DNA from: Candidatus Hermodarchaeota archaeon
Lineage (GTDB): Archaea; Asgardarchaeota; Lokiarchaeia; Sigyniarchaeales; SOKP01
Reading direction: 5' to 3'
Length of the DNA: 11,374 nt
NCBI GenBank assembly: GCA_048885535.1
Contig: JBHLLO010000037.1
Span: 1 to 11,374 of the forward strand
The position numbers were made by a program, and so were the translations under genes. The notes beneath the pieces were generated by a model, which was not told where the DNA came from, made no database searches, and saw only the letters and a list, made by a program, of their open reading frames with translations. Of this stretch, positions 7,559-11,374 are shown piece by piece (within the stretch, counting starts at the first letter, position 1; each line of letters begins with the position of its first letter).

Positions 7559-10471
7559 TTAGAAGATCCCAAATAATCTTATTTTCTTATTAAGGGTTGG
7601 GATCAAATCTTCAAATTCTTTAATCCGAATGTGATATTGTTCATATATTTTATCAAAATTATTAATCTGCTCTTGATTTATGTCTTTAATGAAATTATAG
7701 GAGATACTAGAGAGTTCTTGAAATATAAGATCAAATTTTGAAGTAGTCTCTTGAAGTTCGGTATTTACATCTTTAAGTTGTTTACGTACCATGTTTCGTA
7801 ATTTTCCCCTAGGAATTCTTATAGATTCTATTAAATTATCACATATATCAAGTAGATTATAAGCTTTTATTTTACTTTCTAGCCTCAATTTTGATTCTAT
7901 GATTTCAGTTCTATAGGTATTGATCCTACCACGGGCATACGTATCAAAATTTAAAGATATTGAATCAATCTTTTCGCGAACTAAAAATCTCAAAAACTCA
8001 GGGTCATCACTAGGTGCTTGACCACAAATTCCTACTTTTCTTCCATATTTATGGGCAGTTTCTATCAAATGGTTAAGTGATCGTCGCATTGCTTCGCTAT
8101 TGGTGGTATAACCATACTTTTTCGCGATCGGAATAAGTTTAGCTTCATCTCTGTCAGTTCCAAAAGTCAGCATTGTAAGATCATTTGATCCTACGGAAAA
8201 GCCATCTACATATTCACAAAATAAATCTGCACAAATAATATTTGATGGAATTTCTGCCATAACATAAACCTTTAGGTCATCTTTACCCCGAACTAAACCT
8301 TCACTTTCCATTATTTCGATAATCTTTTTACATTCTTCAGGCGATCGACAAAACGGAAGCATTGGTGTCACATTCTTGAGCCCCCAACTTCTTGCCTTTT
8401 TAATAGCTTTCAATTCTAGCAAAAATGCGTTTTGAAAGTCATCAGATACATACCGTGAGCAACCCCTCCATCCTAACAGAGGGTTATTTTCCTCGCTTTC
8501 ATAAATCCATCCACCAATCAAATTTTGATATTCATTAGTCTTGAAATCAGAGAGTCTTACAATGCAAGAAGCTATTGTGCCATCTGGAAGAGTTTTCCAT
8601 ACTCCAGCGGCTATCGTCGCAATACCCTCAGCTAATTTTTCAATGTAAAACGCTTCTTTATCATCATAACCGACTGTTAATTCTCTGATTTTATCGAGAG
8701 TTTCTTTTAATCGTTTTATTTGTTGGTTGAATGCATCTTTATAATGAAGATCGCTTTTTTTAATAATTTCAATCTTTTTTCTTTGTTCTAAAAGAACATC
8801 ATATCTCATTACAAGACTATCAAAATCTATGAGAGCATTTGGATGAATTTGAATCTCATCATTAATAATAAATTCTAGCCTAGCTAATCCAGTTCCATCT
8901 GGATACTTCCCAGATGATAATGCTCCTTTAGGGATTCCCAAGTTGACTAATACTTGAGTTTTTGTTTGAGGAAGTTTAGCAAACTCAATAGTATCAAAAT
9001 CGTATTCGACTTCTTTTTTCCAAATTCTTGGTGTTCCTTCACTACAGTCTATAGTTACTGCTTCAAGACCTTTTTCGCGTTGTATTTCTTTTATCACTTC
9101 AATAATATTATCTGCTCCTACTATTGAAGCAATATTTAGTTCTCTTGAGACAATTGCCGCGTGACAGGTTGGACCACCCCTCTCAGTGATAACCCCCCCT
9201 AAGTTAGCCATATAACTTGTCCAATCTGGGTTAGTTTCGGCAGTAATTAAAATATCGCCTTCCTCCAAAAGATGAGCCTCATTTATAGACTCAATGACTT
9301 TTATACTTCCATAACCTATTCGACGTCCAATTGCGGTTCCAGAATTTTCTATTAAAAATCCCTCATTTATCAATTTTTGAGGATCTTCTAATAAGTAAAA
9401 AATTTCTTCTATATCTCCTCTCTGAGAATGTACTGTTTCAGGTCTTGCTTGGACTATGTATATCTTTCCATTATTTCCAAGAGCCCATTCAATATCCATT
9501 GGTCTTTCATAATGATTACGAATTTTTATCGCAAATTCTGATAAAATTCTTACTTGATCCTCATTCAAACAAAAAAAATCTTGCTTTTCTTTCTCAACAG
9601 GAATAGTAAGAGTTCCACCCTTTTCTTTATCGAATACCATCATTTTTTCTTTCTTGACTAAGCTCTTGCTAATTATTTTTAATTTTGGACCATGTTTAAA
9701 TACAATGAATTCATCTCCTTTTTCAATTCCTTGTACAATAAGTTCGCCAAGACCAAATGTACCTCTTATTACTAGCACATTTGGGTTTCCAGAATCTGGA
9801 TCCTCAGTAAACATAACACCAGATGCTTTTACACCAGCGAGACCTCCTGCCATTTCTTGTACTCCCACGCTTAACTTTACGGAAAAATGATCAAAGTTAG
9901 CTCTTTCTCGATACATAGTTGCTCGGGTGGTAAACACAGAAGCCATGTCTTTAAGAATGTATTCCAATATTTGGGTTTCACCAGAGATATTTAAATGAGT
10001 GTCTTGTTGCCCCGCAAATGAAGCATCAGGAAGGTCTTCAGCAGTAGCAGAACTTCTTATTGCAAAAGTGGTTTCTTCTCCTATACGTTCAATAAGTTTG
10101 TGATACGCATCTAAAATCTCATCTGCGAGACTATCTGGTATCTTAGCTTGTTCTATGGAATATCTAATATCCGCGCAAAATTTATCTACAGTTTTAATTG
10201 ATTTAATATCTTCTTTCTTCAATTCATCAGATATTTTTTCTATGTTTCGTTTTATATACTCCTTGAGTGAAATCTCCTCTTCTTTAATCCTATAATAATT
10301 AGTTTCCAAGATATAATCATATGCTTTAGCAGTTACAGCAAAACCAGGAGGAACAGGACAACCAAACGAAAGGAGTTCACCTAATGAGCTATTTTTTCCA
10401 CCTACAAGACCTACATCATTCGATCTAACATCATCAAAAAATTTTATATACATATACTCGTTTTCTGTCAT
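7559..10471 (-). CDS. ppsA: Phosphoenolpyruvate synthase (pyruvate, water dikinase) with extra helical segments
   Basis: VGGKNSSLGEL, RSSATAEDLPDASFAGQQDT, DIEWA..VQARPETV, phospho-His motif GGPTCHAAIVSRELN (His codon 9161-9163), GLARLEF, VRLSDFKTNEY, ENNPLLGWRG, MAEIPSN, DGFSVGSNDLT and GICGQAPSD. Confidence 0.96.
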   Translation of the reverse strand: MTENEYMYIKFFDDVRSNDVGLVGGKNSSLGELLSFGCPVPPGFAVTAKAYDYILETNYYRIKEEEISLKEYIKRNIEKISDELKKEDIKSIKTVDKFCADIRYSIEQAKIPDSLADEILDAYHKLIERIGEETTFAIRSSATAEDLPDASFAGQQDTHLNISGETQILEYILKDMASVFTTRATMYRERANFDHFSVKLSVGVQEMAGGLAGVKASGVMFTEDPDSGNPNVLVIRGTFGLGELIVQGIEKGDEFIVFKHGPKLKIISKSLVKKEKMMVFDKEKGGTLTIPVEKEKQDFFCLNEDQVRILSEFAIKIRNHYERPMDIEWALGNNGKIYIVQARPETVHSQRGDIEEIFYLLEDPQKLINEGFLIENSGTAIGRRIGYGSIKVIESINEAHLLEEGDILITAETNPDWTSYMANLGGVITERGGPTCHAAIVSRELNIASIVGADNIIEVIKEIQREKGLEAVTIDCSEGTPRIWKKEVEYDFDTIEFAKLPQTKTQVLVNLGIPKGALSSGKYPDGTGLARLEFIINDEIQIHPNALIDFDSLVMRYDVLLEQRKKIEIIKKSDLHYKDAFNQQIKRLKETLDKIRELTVGYDDKEAFYIEKLAEGIATIAAGVWKTLPDGTIASCIVRLSDFKTNEYQNLIGGWIYESEENNPLLGWRGCSRYVSDDFQNAFLLELKAIKKARSWGLKNVTPMLPFCRSPEECKKIIEIMESEGLVRGKDDLKVYVMAEIPSNIICADLFCEYVDGFSVGSNDLTMLTFGTDRDEAKLIPIAKKYGYTTNSEAMRRSLNHLIETAHKYGRKVGICGQAPSDDPEFLRFLVREKIDSISLNFDTYARGRINTYRTEIIESKLRLESKIKAYNLLDICDNLIESIRIPRGKLRNMVRKQLKDVNTELQETTSKFDLIFQELSSISYNFIKDINQEQINNFDKIYEQYHIRIKEFEDLIPTLNKKIRLFGIF

Positions 10472-10538
10472 ACCAAGGGTAGTCCTCTACTAATTATAAT
10501 TAAATAATTTTTATTTCTTTTTGATTTTAAGTTTAATT

Positions 10539-10573
10539 ATAAGAGATAAGTAAATATAATTTACTCCTCTTAT
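10539..10573. promoter_or_regulatory. Interrupted inverted repeat upstream of ppsA (operator or RNA hairpin)
   Basis: ATAAGAG-ATA-AGTAAAT-ATA-ATTTACT-C-CTCTTAT: two 7-bp arms, 68-102 nt upstream of the ppsA ATG. Function is inferred. Confidence 0.35.
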
Positions 10574-10642
10574 TCTCAACTTAAAACTTTCTATTAAACA
10601 AAAAGGAAAAAATTAGATTAATTATACTAAAGGAGACTATAT

Positions 10643-11272
10643 TTATTTTTCTAGTATTCCAAATCTCTTTTTATAAAAATAAATTCCAATTGCTGAAATT
10701 ATTAAGGCATAGAAAGAATATGCTTTTGTGAAGCTTGTAGGAATCCCTATGGCTTCTAAAATCGTTATTACATTAAATCGATAATAGTCATCGTAGGCAA
10801 CCATAAAAATTGAGAAGAATAATACCCCCCATAATAAATATTTTTTACTGACAGGGACTTTAGGATGAAAAACAAGGAACATTTGAAAAATTGCAATTGC
10901 GCCATGTAACACAGGTGCAACCATTAAACTAAAAAAGTCGTAAACTTTTGGGATGAGGCCTACCGTAATAGTAGTGAACCCAAAAAAAGTTATACAAGTG
11001 ATTGTATTTAAAAAAACTGATTCTAGCTTGAAAATACATGTGAAGCTAATTAAAAGAATTGCAATATATGTTGTGTACAATACCGGTTCATATAATGGGA
11101 AAATGAACATATAATATATCCAATAAATGACACATCCAATAAAAATGCCCCAACCTGCTAGTTGAAACATTTTTTTTATTCTCTCATCGAAAAGTTTGAT
11201 ATGCAGTTTTTCTTTCTTGAAAAATAATCTAATTTTTTCGATTATGCTTTTTTTTTCAGAATCTTCTCCCAT
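10643..11272 (-). CDS. Hypothetical polytopic membrane protein (~6 TM helices)
   Basis: 209-aa ORF with a charged N-terminus, about six aromatic-rich hydrophobic segments and a basic C-tail (YKKRFGILEK). No family recognised. Confidence 0.7.
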   Translation of the reverse strand: MGEDSEKKSIIEKIRLFFKKEKLHIKLFDERIKKMFQLAGWGIFIGCVIYWIYYMFIFPLYEPVLYTTYIAILLISFTCIFKLESVFLNTITCITFFGFTTITVGLIPKVYDFFSLMVAPVLHGAIAIFQMFLVFHPKVPVSKKYLLWGVLFFSIFMVAYDDYYRFNVITILEAIGIPTSFTKAYSFYALIISAIGIYFYKKRFGILEK

Positions 11273-11344
11273 TTAAAATCACACTCAAGATCTTTGTATT
11301 TTACCTATATTTCTTTTGGACGTCCTAAATAGTGATTACATAGA

Positions 11345-11362
11345 AGTTTTAAAAATTTTTCT
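11345..11362 (-). promoter_or_regulatory. Candidate archaeal BRE/TATA promoter for the membrane-protein gene
   Basis: The minus strand reads AGAAAAATTTTTAAAACT (purine-rich BRE-like run then TTTTAAAA), about 75 nt upstream of the ATG at 11272. A similar AGATAATTTTTAAAAGTTTCTA lies upstream of the serine hydrolase (~5973-5994). The AT-rich background weakens this. Confidence 0.3.
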
Positions 11363-11374
11363 GACAAGAATGTG

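Noticed and set aside
9331-9890. Two plus-strand ORFs (91 aa and 78 aa)
   Set aside because: Antisense to conserved ppsA coding sequence; no recognisable features.
7559-10471. Intein as the cause of the long ppsA
   Set aside because: No intein splice-junction or LAGLIDADG motifs; the extra length comes from short helical inserts and the C-terminal extension.

Overview
AT-rich archaeal DNA, very probably Asgard (Lokiarchaeia-like); this is inferred from the gene content (Rab-like small GTPases, UPF0147, N-glycosylation-sequon-rich surface proteins). There are nine credible genes: a 5'-truncated, membrane-anchored beta-propeller surface protein, a flavoredoxin-like flavin reductase, two paralogous two-domain small GTPases, a DHA1/TetA-type MFS antiporter, a membrane-anchored beta-lactamase-fold serine hydrolase, a UPF0147 protein, an elongated PEP synthase (ppsA) and an unknown polytopic membrane protein. 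The main finding is the GTPase pair. Each has a Rab-like G-domain fused behind an N-terminal domain carrying two uDENN/longin signatures of the eukaryotic FLCN/SMCR8/NPRL2/C9orf72 family (the 'D-E-L-G-P' hairpin and a D-x3-R-G loop). The Arg in that loop aligns with the GAP arginine finger of FLCN and SMCR8, suggesting a GTPase with a built-in GAP, possibly acting as a heterodimer. No RNA genes, CRISPR arrays or mobile elements were recognised.
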